Positions 9,555 to 20,008 of a DNA stretch of 64,000 bases are shown here, piece after piece (the first letter of the stretch is position 1; the number at the start of each line of letters is the position of its first letter). Origin of the DNA: Halarcobacter sp. Lineage in GTDB: Bacteria; Campylobacterota; Campylobacteria; Campylobacterales; Arcobacteraceae. The stretch is from assembly GCA_048571215.1 (NCBI GenBank), contig CP182352.1:1856001-1920000 (forward strand), given 5' to 3'. Position numbers and translations under genes: made by a program. Below the pieces are notes generated by a model. It had not been told where the DNA came from. It worked only from the letters and a program-made list of their open reading frames with translations, and did not search any database.

Positions 9555-10505
9555 TTAAAAAATATTTTTATTAAAAGATTCTTTATCTTTAATAACCTCA
9601 GCAGTTGCTACAATATTTGCAATCATCTCATCATTTGTATTTGAAAACTTTTCTATAATAGTATTACAAACTTCTAAAAGCTCTTTATCTTTGTGAAGTT
9701 CTCCTAAAAGTACTGATTTATTATGAAGAGCTAAAGCTACTTGATTTACTATAATTCCCTTTGCATTTTCAAACTTTTCAACCACTTCATCATATATTTT
9801 AAGAGCTTCCTCATATTTGTCCAGTTCTTTTTGTCGTGCGGCTTTATTTACTAAAGCCTTTGCAACAAATTCTAATATAGTATCTTTTGTACTGGTTTCA
9901 AATTTTGAGATAATATAATCATAAAGTTTTATTGATTCTTTATTTTGCTGATTTTTTCCATAAATCAATGCCATATTATATGCGGCATTAATAACTTGAA
10001 GTAATACAGAATCATCTAAACTATTTTCAAAATTTTTAATAAGTTCTTTATATACTAAAATAGCATCTTTTTGCTCTTTTAATTCCCCTATACAAATAGC
10101 TTTATTCATATAAGCTTTTGCTAAAACAATCTCTAAATCTTCTGAGATATCCATTATATATTTTTCTAATAATATATTATAGGTATTTAACTCTTTTGAA
10201 AAATCACCCTTTTTTGCATAGATAAGTGCTTTATTATAATATGCATATACAAGAAATTTAAAAATTGTTTCATTATTTGTTTGTTCAAAATTTTCAATTA
10301 TTTCATCATAGGTTTCAATAACTTCATCATCTAAATTTAAATTGGTTAAAGCAGTGGCCTTACCCATAAGAGCATAAAAAACATCTAAATCACTTTGTGC
10401 AGATTGGAGTAAATAAGGCACTAAAGTTAAGGCATCATCATATTTTTTACTTGCAATTTTATTATTAAAATCATTGTAAACAATTTCAAAACTATCTAAA
10501 CTCAA
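9555..10505 (-). CDS. Tetratricopeptide-repeat protein
   Basis: About 45-aa helical repeats of the form A..NKA...Y..I...FE. Confidence 0.85.
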   Translation of the reverse strand: MSLDSFEIVYNDFNNKIASKKYDDALTLVPYLLQSAQSDLDVFYALMGKATALTNLNLDDEVIETYDEIIENFEQTNNETIFKFLVYAYYNKALIYAKKGDFSKELNTYNILLEKYIMDISEDLEIVLAKAYMNKAICIGELKEQKDAILVYKELIKNFENSLDDSVLLQVINAAYNMALIYGKNQQNKESIKLYDYIISKFETSTKDTILEFVAKALVNKAARQKELDKYEEALKIYDEVVEKFENAKGIIVNQVALALHNKSVLLGELHKDKELLEVCNTIIEKFSNTNDEMIANIVATAEVIKDKESFNKNIF

Positions 10506-10566
10506 AATAAATTTCCTTTTTTTATAAGTACTTAGTATATTCTACTAAAAAACACTTGAATTATAA

Positions 10567-11046
10567 TTAACTATTTGCAAAATCAATTAGGGGTTTCCCC
10601 TCCAATCTATACCCTACCCACTCATCTAAAGAAACTGCACCAATACTTTCATAAAACTTTCTTGAAGGTGTATTCCAATCTAAACAAGACCACTCAAATC
10701 TTCCACAATCCTCTTCTAAAGCTTTACGGGCAAGATGTTTTAACATAGCCTTTCCAGCACCTATGTTTCTTTTAGATTCTGTAACATATAAATCTTCTAA
10801 ATAAATACCATTTTTTCCAAGCCAAGTTGAGTAGTTGTAAAAATATATTGCATGACCTATAGCTTTTCCATCTTCTTCACAAATTATTGCTTTTACTGTC
10901 GAATCTTTTCCAAAAATTTTTTCCCTTGTTTCTTCAACTGTTGTTTTAACTGCATTGGGTTCTTTTTCATAAACTGCAAGTTCAATAATAAAATCATAAA
11001 TAACTTGTGAATCACTTGCAAGTGCATCTCTAACTGTTATTGACAT
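10567..11046 (-). CDS. GNAT N-acetyltransferase (diamine acetyltransferase-like)
   Basis: ELAVYEK, NYSTWLG, YLEDLYV, RFEWSCLDWN. Confidence 0.92.
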   Translation of the reverse strand: MSITVRDALASDSQVIYDFIIELAVYEKEPNAVKTTVEETREKIFGKDSTVKAIICEEDGKAIGHAIYFYNYSTWLGKNGIYLEDLYVTESKRNIGAGKAMLKHLARKALEEDCGRFEWSCLDWNTPSRKFYESIGAVSLDEWVGYRLEGKPLIDFANS

Positions 11047-11081
11047 AAATATCCTTTAAAATAAAAGCTAATCTTACAGAT

Positions 11082-11900
11082 TTAAAATTTTATTTCCCTT
11101 AGATATTTTTCTATTATAGGAATATAATCTTTTCTACAGACCATATAAGTATCTAAGTTCAAATCCATATTTGTGATTTTCAACATATTTGAATATCCAA
11201 ACTTTTCAATAATAGGTCTTGAAAATAAAGCTACTCCATACCCTGCTTTTACACAAGCAAGTATTAATTCATAGTTTTCTAGATTTACTTTTTTATAAAT
11301 ACTTTGTTCTTTTTTACTTAAATATTCTTCTAAAAAAATACGATTTAAACATCCATTTTTATAAGCAAATATTGTTTTTTGAGCCTCTTTGTCTTTTGGT
11401 TCTACAAGTACAATATCCTCTTTAAATATATTTAATACTTCTAAATCCTTGTGATTTGGTTTTCCATTTACAAAAGCTATGTCAAGTTTATAATCAAGTA
11501 GTTGTTCTATTAGGTTTAAACTACTATCAACTATAAATTCTAGTTTCATCTCTTTGAAATCTTCATTTAATCTATCAATAAATTTTGGTAATCTAATAGT
11601 TGTATTTGATTGAGTTGAACCGATTTTTAACAACTCTTGATAATCTACATTTCTGATTTTTAAAGTTACCTCTTCAACTTTTTTTAGTATATCTATTGCA
11701 TAGGGATAGAGTTTTTCACCCTCTAAGGTTAATATAACTCCCCTATTTGTCCTGTGAAATAACTCGTAGCCTAAACTCTTTTCAAGTTGTTTAATACGCA
11801 AAGTTGCGTTTGATTGGGTATAGTTTAACTCTTTTGCCCCTAAAGATATACTTTTTGTATTTGCAACTGCAACAAATACTTTTAAAAGATTTGAATCCAT
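11082..11900 (-). CDS. LysR-family transcriptional regulator
   Basis: N-terminal HTH AKELNYTQSNATLRIKQLEKSLG...LFHR. Confidence 0.93.
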   Translation of the reverse strand: MDSNLLKVFVAVANTKSISLGAKELNYTQSNATLRIKQLEKSLGYELFHRTNRGVILTLEGEKLYPYAIDILKKVEEVTLKIRNVDYQELLKIGSTQSNTTIRLPKFIDRLNEDFKEMKLEFIVDSSLNLIEQLLDYKLDIAFVNGKPNHKDLEVLNIFKEDIVLVEPKDKEAQKTIFAYKNGCLNRIFLEEYLSKKEQSIYKKVNLENYELILACVKAGYGVALFSRPIIEKFGYSNMLKITNMDLNLDTYMVCRKDYIPIIEKYLREIKF

Positions 11901-11910
11901 TCTTTTCCTT

Positions 11911-12654
11911 TTATAAACTTATAGTTTGAAATAGCAAAGTACAAGCTATAAAAAACAATAATACTTTTAATATCTTTACATAAAATTTTGTATCAATTCT
12001 TTTTTTGATTTTGATACCTAAAAACATCCCTAGCAAGACCACTATAACACTTATCATTGAGATATTAAAATCCTCACTTACAAAAGTTCCATAATACAAA
12101 AACACAGATAATTGTCCCATTTTTGTAAATAAAAAACATAAATTTGAAAGCTGAACAGTATCTTTTCTAGAGTATTTTAATTCTAAAGTGTACATAATCA
12201 TAAGTGGAGCAACTATATTTGTAAGCCCCGATAACATACCACCAAATATCCCTAAACCATAAGTTGAACCCTTAGGATATTTTGAAACAAAAGTTGCCTC
12301 AATTTTTACAAAAGATTGTAAAAGATAAACAAAAATAATCAAAGCTAACAAGAGTTTAAAAAATTCTGAATTTGTAAAAATCAATAATACAGTACCAATG
12401 ACACTACCTATTACCATTAGTAGAATAATAAACCAAAACTTTTTTAAAGCCTCAAAAAACTTCCCCTCACTTGAAATACTAATAATATTTACCACCATAG
12501 TTGGTAAAAGCATATATAAAATAGTTGTTTGCATATCAGTAAACAAGGCAACCAAGGGTGTAGAGATCATCCCAAAACCAAAACCAATACTTCCATGTAC
12601 AACAGAAGACCAAAAAACTATTAAAACTAAAACAATGATAAATGTCATTTCCAT
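11911..12654 (-). CDS. TauE/SafE (TSUP) family sulfite exporter-like membrane protein
   Basis: HGSIGFGFG motif, multiple TM segments; start moved to ATG 12654 after an AAGGA SD. Confidence 0.85.
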   Translation of the reverse strand: MEMTFIIVLVLIVFWSSVVHGSIGFGFGMISTPLVALFTDMQTTILYMLLPTMVVNIISISSEGKFFEALKKFWFIILLMVIGSVIGTVLLIFTNSEFFKLLLALIIFVYLLQSFVKIEATFVSKYPKGSTYGLGIFGGMLSGLTNIVAPLMIMYTLELKYSRKDTVQLSNLCFLFTKMGQLSVFLYYGTFVSEDFNISMISVIVVLLGMFLGIKIKKRIDTKFYVKILKVLLFFIACTLLFQTISL

Positions 12655-12756
12655 ATGAGCATCCTTAATATTACATATAATGATTTGTAATACCAAAAGA
12701 TATTACTAAGTATTATATCAAAAAAGGATAAGAAAAAAATAAAAAAAGAGAAATAA

Positions 12757-13422
12757 TCAGTTTTTTAAAAGTTTAAAATACTCTTCTCTAGGAATCTCTT
12801 TTGCCCCTAAACTTGCCAAGTGCTCATTGTAGACTTGACAATCAATAAGCTTGATACCATTTTCTTTAGCTTGCTGACACAGATGATAAAAAGCCACCTT
12901 TGAAGCATCACGCTCTTTTGCAAACATGCTTTCTCCACAAAAAACATCCCCAATAAGTAAACCATAAAGACCACCTACAAGCTTATCATATAAATAACAC
13001 TCAATAGAAAAGGCTAAGCCTAAATCAAAAAGATTACTATAAGCATAAATAAACTCTTGACTTATCCAAGTCTCATCCTCATGTTTTCTTTTAATATTTG
13101 CACAAGAACGGATAACATCACCAAAGCATTCATTTGATTTGACCACATACCCTTTATTTTTTATGACCCTTTTTAAACTCTTTGAAACCTTCATCTCATC
13201 AGGATATAAAACCATACGCTTTTTAGGACTAAACCAATGTATATAGTTGTACTCATCAATAAACCAAGGGAAAATACCATTTTCGTAAGCATTTATAAGC
13301 CTTTGGGGATGAAAATCACCACCAACCGCTACCAAGTCATCATCCATCATATCAAGTGTAGGGAAATCAAAGTTTTCATCATCTAGCAAATATATTTTAT
13401 GTTTTTCATCTAATAACTTCAT
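12757..13422 (-). CDS. aat: Leucyl/phenylalanyl-tRNA--protein transferase
   Basis: AVGGD...AYENGIFPW, LVGGLYG, FCGESMF, ASKVA, IDCQV..HLASLGA. Confidence 0.96.
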   Translation of the reverse strand: MKLLDEKHKIYLLDDENFDFPTLDMMDDDLVAVGGDFHPQRLINAYENGIFPWFIDEYNYIHWFSPKKRMVLYPDEMKVSKSLKRVIKNKGYVVKSNECFGDVIRSCANIKRKHEDETWISQEFIYAYSNLFDLGLAFSIECYLYDKLVGGLYGLLIGDVFCGESMFAKERDASKVAFYHLCQQAKENGIKLIDCQVYNEHLASLGAKEIPREEYFKLLKN

Positions 13423-13500
13423 AAATGAATATTATCGAATTTCACTAAAAAGTATCATCAATCCAAATAAACTTAGATACAATTATAAAAAAGGAAATTT

Positions 13501-13848
13501 TTGAAAAAAACTTTTAAACTTCAAGTTGAAAATAAAAACCAAGATAGAATAGTAGAATCTATAAAAAATGAGATAAGAAAATATATAAAAAGAGAACAAA
13601 GAAAACCCCTACCAGCAGACAAAAACTACTGGTTTTTTGACTGTAAATTTGCAAAAAATGAACAAACACCAAGAGAAATACCCTTTGCAGATATCATAAG
13701 ATATGTAAATGAAGCAGTAGATGAAAAATGTGAAACATTTTATTTAGAGATAATTTCAAAAGCTGAAAAAAGAGTTGAAAAAGTTGATGAAAATAAAATA
13801 GAAGAAATAATTGAATCAAGTAATGAGGAAGAAGTAAAAGAAGATTAG
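13501..13848 (+). CDS. Conserved hypothetical protein (DUF6172-like)
   Basis: MKKTFKL...IKNEIRKYIKREQRKPLP...YWFFDCKF...FYLEI. Confidence 0.75.
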   Translation: MKKTFKLQVENKNQDRIVESIKNEIRKYIKREQRKPLPADKNYWFFDCKFAKNEQTPREIPFADIIRYVNEAVDEKCETFYLEIISKAEKRVEKVDENKIEEIIESSNEEEVKED

Positions 13849-13858
13849 TCTTCTTTTA
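13835..13858 (+). terminator. Intrinsic terminator
   Basis: TAAAAGAAGA-ttag-TCTTCTTTTA over the stop codon. Confidence 0.7.
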
Positions 13859-14117
13859 ACTTTATAATCCATTACCAAATAATCTCTTTTAATTTAGGCA
13901 AATAAACTCAAGCTTTTGTTTGGGTATTAGCAAAATGAGAAACAAATACCTCAAGAATTTCAAAACTATCTTGTAAAAATTATTGTTTTTAAATCTTATT
14001 TTTTTCTAATAATTCTTTTTCCATAATAAGTATTATAACAGAATCACAATATCTTTAAAAATATTATTTTTATTACAGAATAGGTATAATCATCTATAAA
14101 TAAATTATGGAGTTAAT

Positions 14118-16616
14118 ATGACTGAAATAAAAAATACTAAATTATATAAAGAATTAAAAAGACTAAATAAAGAATTTGCAAATGATGTACTTAAAAATTC
14201 TAATTCCATAATAGAACTTATAAATAAAAAAACAACTATTAATTTTCCAAACTATACCAATCATGACATAAGACATTCAATAAAAATCATGGAAACTATT
14301 TATGAATTAATAAAAGATAAGAATAAACAATTTTCATCTATAGAATATGCACTAATGATATATTCTGCAATGTTTCATGATATTGGAATGGCAGTATCAG
14401 ATGAAGAAATAACTAATATAAAAAATGACAATTCAAAATATCTTTATGATCAAAGCTTTCAACTTATAAAAGAAAGTTTTAATAACAATGAAGAATTATC
14501 TATTCAAGAAGTTGTCAGAAATGCTCATGGGAAAATAGCTAATGATCTAATAAACACAAAATATAAAGAGCTTTTTAAATTACCTCAAAGTAGTACATAC
14601 TTTGCAGAAGATTTGGGAATGATATGTCAAGCTCATACAGAAGACAAAAACTATTTAAACAATATATCAATACACAAAACTAAAGGTTATGATGAATATA
14701 ATCCAAGATTTATTGCAATACTGCTTAGAGTTGCAGATATTTTAGATATAGATGATAGCAGAACTCCAATAGAACTATATAATACAATTGATTTGAGTGA
14801 ATTTAGTGATAGTGAATGGCAAAAAAATTTTGTAATTGAAAACAAAAGAAAGATTTTTAGTAGAAATAAATTAAAAGAGATTAGACTAGAAGGAACTTGC
14901 GAAGATATAAAAGTACATAGGAAACTATTAAACTACATAAAATGGATTGAAAATGAACTATCTATCGTAGTTAATGAAACTGCAAATATGAAAGAACAGT
15001 ATCACATACAAATCAATACACAAGTTCAAAATAAAATTGAATCAAAAGGTTATTCAATACCAGATTTAAAACTAAATATGGATTATCATGCTGTAACAAA
15101 TCTTTTAATGGGTGAAGCAATTTACGGAAGTAAAGATTTAGGACTTAGAGAATTATTGCAAAACTCAATTGATGCAATCATGGTAAAAAAAGATAAATTA
15201 GAAAGGGAAAACCATCCATTAAAAAACAATTATGAACCAACAATAAATATAAATATTGATGAAGAAAATAATAAAGTCATTATCAAAGATAATGGAATGG
15301 GAATGAATGAGCATATTATTAAAAACTACTTTTTAAATGTAGGTAAATCTTATTATAAATCAAAAGACTTTTTAAACTATAATCATAACTATAACCCTAT
15401 TGGTAATTTTGGTATAGGTTTTCTATCATGTTTTATGTTATCAGATGAAGTTCAAGTTATAACAAAACATTTTAATAGTAATAAAAAATATATTATTGAT
15501 TTAGAAAAAGATAGCGAGTATATTGCTTTTAAAGAAGAAGAGGATAATAGTAGTGAATCAGGGACTGAAATTACTTTAAGTTTGAAAACAATAAAAGAAA
15601 TATTTCCTAAACTTGACACTTTATTAAAAAATAACATAAAAGAATTCATAAAAAAATATATTAATATTGAGAATTTTATAATTAATATTGATGGAAATAA
15701 ACTTATTCAAGAGAAAGAAGCGTATAGGACAACAGAATATATAGATTTATCAAACGTATTTAAAAATATTAAAGGTTTTATTCAATTTAATATTAAACCT
15801 AAATATAATAAAATTATTGACTTAATAGATAATAGTTATGAATCATACTACTTTGATGCAAATGGTACTTTTATTAAGATAAATCAAATTAATGAATTAA
15901 ATTTAAATTATTTATTTAGAAATAATTCAATTGATTATTGTAAAATACCTTTGCTTGATAAAATAAAAAATAAAAATATTCTTTCTATTATTGAACATAC
16001 TGATGAACATAATTTAGAAAATGAATTAAATATTGAACCTTATATATGTATCTTTACAAATATTAAATTTGACTATGCAGTATATAATACATTTAATGGA
16101 AATTTTATAAGAACTAACGAAAATGATTTTTATTACAATTTTGAATTACAAAATTTTGATGGAACATATACTTATGATTTTTTAAAGAAAAAAATCAAAG
16201 CATTAAAACTTTATAAAACTCCTATTGCCTTTGTGAAAGAAATTCCATTAATTTTTAATGAAAATCAAGAAATCTTATTTTTAAAAGAACAAAAAATAAG
16301 TAGTAGTTATTTTATAGAAAAACAATGGAATATATATTTAAAAAATATAAGAATTGAAGAACGATTTAAATTCTATACAACTAAAAACATTGAAATCATA
16401 AATTTTGAAATTAATCTATATAATGATAACCTACAATCTGATATAAAAAGAAAAGAATTAGTAAAATCCTCAAAAGAACTTTTAGAAGATGCATTGTTTA
16501 AAACAATTAATCAATATGTACTTGAAAAAACAAATTTGGAAAATTATGAAAAAAAAATATTATTAAAGTTTTTAAAAAAGATGGGGAAAAAAGAAAATAT
16601 TCTTTTACTAAATTAA
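14118..16616 (+). CDS. HD-domain + HSP90-like (GHKL) ATPase fusion protein
   Basis: HD: YTNHDIRHS, FHDIGM, LRVADILD; GHKL: LRELLQNSIDA, DNGMGM, IGNFGIGFLSCF, GTEI. Confidence 0.88.
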   Translation: MTEIKNTKLYKELKRLNKEFANDVLKNSNSIIELINKKTTINFPNYTNHDIRHSIKIMETIYELIKDKNKQFSSIEYALMIYSAMFHDIGMAVSDEEITNIKNDNSKYLYDQSFQLIKESFNNNEELSIQEVVRNAHGKIANDLINTKYKELFKLPQSSTYFAEDLGMICQAHTEDKNYLNNISIHKTKGYDEYNPRFIAILLRVADILDIDDSRTPIELYNTIDLSEFSDSEWQKNFVIENKRKIFSRNKLKEIRLEGTCEDIKVHRKLLNYIKWIENELSIVVNETANMKEQYHIQINTQVQNKIESKGYSIPDLKLNMDYHAVTNLLMGEAIYGSKDLGLRELLQNSIDAIMVKKDKLERENHPLKNNYEPTININIDEENNKVIIKDNGMGMNEHIIKNYFLNVGKSYYKSKDFLNYNHNYNPIGNFGIGFLSCFMLSDEVQVITKHFNSNKKYIIDLEKDSEYIAFKEEEDNSSESGTEITLSLKTIKEIFPKLDTLLKNNIKEFIKKYINIENFIINIDGNKLIQEKEAYRTTEYIDLSNVFKNIKGFIQFNIKPKYNKIIDLIDNSYESYYFDANGTFIKINQINELNLNYLFRNNSIDYCKIPLLDKIKNKNILSIIEHTDEHNLENELNIEPYICIFTNIKFDYAVYNTFNGNFIRTNENDFYYNFELQNFDGTYTYDFLKKKIKALKLYKTPIAFVKEIPLIFNENQEILFLKEQKISSSYFIEKQWNIYLKNIRIEERFKFYTTKNIEIINFEINLYNDNLQSDIKRKELVKSSKELLEDALFKTINQYVLEKTNLENYEKKILLKFLKKMGKKENILLLN

Positions 16617-16626
16617 TTCTATCTTT

Positions 16627-16747
16627 AAAAGAGCTAGTTGTATGAAGATTCAAGGCAGAAAAAGTTTTTAGCGATTGAGCATACTAAAGTATGTGATTGA
16701 GCTAAAAACTTTTTCTAACGCAGAAGATTTATGTAAATAGCTCTTTT
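16627..16747. repeat. 121-bp nested palindromic element (RPE/MITE-like) between convergent genes
   Basis: Outer AAAAGAGCTA/TAGCTCTTTT; perfect 16-bp inner arms at 16657-16672 and 16701-16716; apical CATAC-taaa-GTATG. Confidence 0.8.
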
Positions 16748-18660
16748 TAAAGAGCTTTTGCAGTAATTCTATTTAGTCTCTGTGCAAACGCCACTGCATC
16801 AGTAATTTCCATACCCTCACTTAGTTTCGCTTGATCTAATAGTACCCATGATACATCTGAAATCATATCATCATCTGCACAACCGTTTAGTTTAGTAACT
16901 ATTGCATGGTCTGGGTTTATCTCTAAGATTGGAGCAGATGCTGGCATCTCTTGTCCCATTGCTCTCATCATTTGCATCATTTGTTGCATTTGTGCATCAC
17001 CTGCATCTTTTACAACGCACGATGGAGATTCTGATAATCTATTTGTAACTCTTACATCAGTTACAGCTTCACCTAAAATATCTTTGATTTTTTTAGTGAT
17101 ATCTTCAAATTTTTCTTCAACTTCTTTTTTCTCTTCTTCTGTTTGTTCAACTTTTGGAGCTTCACAAGATGTGATATCTTTAAATTCCCACTCTTGGTAT
17201 GCACCATACATTGGAGTGATGATTTCATCAATCTCTTTATCATCTAAGATAAGAACTTCTATATCATTTTTCTTATAAGCTTCTAGAAGTGGAGAGTTTC
17301 TTAGAACATTTTCATTTTCACCTACGATGTAGTAGATTGCTTTTTGCTCAGAATCTGCTGCTTCTTTATAAGCTGATAGAGAAGTCATTTTTCCATTTTC
17401 TGTTTTTGAAGATTTGAATCTTATTAGTTCTAAAATAGCTTCTTTATTTGTGAAGTCTTGATATGCACCCTCTTTTAGTGGTCTATTGTATTGCTCAATA
17501 AATTTTGCATATTTTTCTTCATCTTTAGACATTTTTTTAATTTCTGCAAGAATCTTTTTAACAGAACCTTGTTTGATATTTGCCATAACTCTGTTTTCTT
17601 GTAAGATCTCTCTTGATACATTTAATGGTAAATCTTCACTATCAATAATACCTCTTACAAATCTAAGGTAAGTTGGTAAAAGCTCTTTTTCATCATCTGT
17701 GATAAATACTCTTTTAACATATAGTTTAACACCTGGTTGATAATCAGCTCTATACATATCCATTGGAGCAGTTGATGGAATATAAAATAGTGTTGTATAT
17801 TCATTTACCCCTTCAGCTTTTGTGTGAATTGTTGCCATTGGGTCTTGTGAATCATGAGAGATAGATTTATAAAAATCATTATAATCTTCTGCTTTTAAGC
17901 TTGATTTTGGTTGCATCCATAAAGCAGTTGCTTCATTGATTTTTTCATGTCTTTTTTCAACTGTTTTTTTAGCTTCTTTTCCAGCTTTTTCATCCTCTTC
18001 ACTTAAAGTTTCAGTTACTTCTTCACTATAGTTTAAGAAAATTGGATATGCAATATGATTAGAGTATTTTCCAACAATTGTTTTGATTCTTTCTTTTACT
18101 GCAAACTCTTCTGCCTCTTCATCTTTTAATTTGATGTAAATAACAGTTCCTGTTGACTCTTTTGTACAAGAACCTAAATCAAATTCACCTGTACCATCAC
18201 TTGACCATTTGTATGCTGTTTCTTCACCTGCTTTTCTAGAAATAACATCTACATGTGAAGCTACCATAAATACAGAATAAAAACCAACACCAAATTGACC
18301 AATAAGATTTGAGTCTTTTTTTGCATCTCCTGTCATTGCTTCGATAAAAGATTTTGTACCTGATTTTGCAATAGTACCAATAGAAGCGATTAAATCCTCT
18401 TCATTCATACCAATACCATTATCTACAATTGTTAAAGATTTATCTTTTTCATCAAAAGAGATATTAATCTCACCTGTCCAATCTTCTGGAAGTGAAGCCT
18501 TAATTTTTTCATCTGTTAGTTTTAAATAATTTAATTTATCAATCGCATCACTTGCATTTGATACAAGTTCTCTTATAAAAATCTCTTTATTTGAGTATAA
18601 AGAGTGTGTCATTAAATGTAAAAGTTGTCCAACTTCTGTTTGAAACTGATGTTTTGCCAT
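16747..18660 (-). CDS. htpG: Chaperone HtpG (Hsp90)
   Basis: FQTEV..LL.LM.HSLYSNKEIFIRELVSNASDA, LIGQFGVGFYS, DSEDLPLNVSRE. Confidence 0.98.
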   Translation of the reverse strand: MAKHQFQTEVGQLLHLMTHSLYSNKEIFIRELVSNASDAIDKLNYLKLTDEKIKASLPEDWTGEINISFDEKDKSLTIVDNGIGMNEEDLIASIGTIAKSGTKSFIEAMTGDAKKDSNLIGQFGVGFYSVFMVASHVDVISRKAGEETAYKWSSDGTGEFDLGSCTKESTGTVIYIKLKDEEAEEFAVKERIKTIVGKYSNHIAYPIFLNYSEEVTETLSEEDEKAGKEAKKTVEKRHEKINEATALWMQPKSSLKAEDYNDFYKSISHDSQDPMATIHTKAEGVNEYTTLFYIPSTAPMDMYRADYQPGVKLYVKRVFITDDEKELLPTYLRFVRGIIDSEDLPLNVSREILQENRVMANIKQGSVKKILAEIKKMSKDEEKYAKFIEQYNRPLKEGAYQDFTNKEAILELIRFKSSKTENGKMTSLSAYKEAADSEQKAIYYIVGENENVLRNSPLLEAYKKNDIEVLILDDKEIDEIITPMYGAYQEWEFKDITSCEAPKVEQTEEEKKEVEEKFEDITKKIKDILGEAVTDVRVTNRLSESPSCVVKDAGDAQMQQMMQMMRAMGQEMPASAPILEINPDHAIVTKLNGCADDDMISDVSWVLLDQAKLSEGMEITDAVAFAQRLNRITAKAL

Positions 18661-18742
18661 AAATTTCTCCTATATAATTTTATATTTTGTATTTAGAATT
18701 TTATCACAACTTTATAAAAGGAAGCTAAAGTTTTGACACAAT

Positions 18743-18769
18743 TTAGCACTTTTTATATTAAAGTGCTAA
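18743..18769. promoter_or_regulatory. CIRCE-like HrcA operator upstream of htpG
   Basis: TTAGCACTT-N9-AAGTGCTAA versus consensus TTAGCACTC-N9-GAGTGCTAA. Confidence 0.85.
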
Positions 18770-18978
18770 TTATTCAAAATTATATGGAGATTTATTTTAA
18801 TATTACTATATAATTTACAATTTATAAATATCTTTAAATAAACTTAAAAATTATCCCCAAAAACGAGCAAAAAAAACTAGATTAATTTTTCCCTCATTTT
18901 GTTTTATTGTACCTTATTTTGAATATATAATTATTTATAAATCCAAACTCCCTACTCTTTTACTTCACCTTGAATATT

Positions 18979-19827
18979 TCATATATATTTTAGCAAATCA
19001 TTTACCAAAATATTCATCTTATTAACTGCAAATATTTTATTACCTAAATCTTTGAAACTAGCTCCAAAGTGGTATATAGTTTCATCACATATTAAAAACC
19101 TATCGTGGAATCTTTTAGTAATTTTTACTTCAAGATTGTTATATTGTTTGTTATACTTTTCAATATCAAGTTGTAATCTTTTGGATATATTTTGAGTATA
19201 AATAATAAATTTTACATTTTTATTTTTTGAAAATAAACTTAAGATTGACTCATCTATATAATTGTCAATCAATATAATTGAAACTTTCGCACTTTTTATT
19301 AAATCAGATAAAAGTATATGTGCATCAAATATCTGACCGTTGAAAAATATTCCATGTTTGATTTCTATTGTATTATTTTTTATATGAGATTTGATATTAG
19401 CCAGATCATGTTCAAGGATAGTTAATCTTTGTTCTGTAATTTTATGAGTATTGATTGCATAACCATTTTTGATATATTCTTTTAAAACAGATGTTGCCCA
19501 TTTTCTAAAATGAATAGCTTTATTAGAACTTGTTCTATAACCTACTGCCAAAACAATATCTAAATTATAATATTTAATATCTCTTGTTTGTGTTTTATTT
19601 GATAGTGAACCATGTTTTGTGGTATGTGCAAAATTTGCACATACCACTTTTTCATCCAATTCATTATCTTTAAAAATATTTTTAATATGTTTTGATACAA
19701 CACTTCTATCTATATCAAAAACTTTTGCTATGTCATTGATGCTTGCCCAAATAGTATCCTTATTAGCAGATATTTTTAATTCTATCTCACCATTTTTATA
19801 AACAACTATATCTAATATCGTATCCAT
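18979..19827 (-). CDS. RhuM-family protein with C-terminal PLD-like domain
   Basis: KHIKNIF...YYNLDIVLAVGYR...FRKWAT..LKEY..GY; C-terminal IILIDNYID...FHDRFLICD...GAS.KDLG; start set at ATG 19827 after AGGAG. Confidence 0.82.
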   Translation of the reverse strand: MDTILDIVVYKNGEIELKISANKDTIWASINDIAKVFDIDRSVVSKHIKNIFKDNELDEKVVCANFAHTTKHGSLSNKTQTRDIKYYNLDIVLAVGYRTSSNKAIHFRKWATSVLKEYIKNGYAINTHKITEQRLTILEHDLANIKSHIKNNTIEIKHGIFFNGQIFDAHILLSDLIKSAKVSIILIDNYIDESILSLFSKNKNVKFIIYTQNISKRLQLDIEKYNKQYNNLEVKITKRFHDRFLICDETIYHFGASFKDLGNKIFAVNKMNILVNDLLKYI

Positions 19828-20008
19828 TTTAAATACTCCTAGATTTTGTATATACAAAACTATAACTAAATATCTAATCCTGATTAAAAAATATTGCATT
19901 TTGTTATATTATTAAAAATATTGACTTTATAAAATTTGTTTCTTAAAGATTAGTAGCAGTTTAATTTGATAGAATTATATTTTATTAAAAAATATAGGAT
20001 ATATAAAA

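Noticed and set aside
12699..12719. GATAT-N11-ATATC as a LysR operator upstream of the tauE-like gene
   Set aside because: Plausible by context but too short and AT-rich to support
13860..14030. Possible decayed minus-strand ORF (MEKELLEK...QDSFEILEVFVSHF...)
   Set aside because: Multiple stops and frame breaks, and no recognisable family
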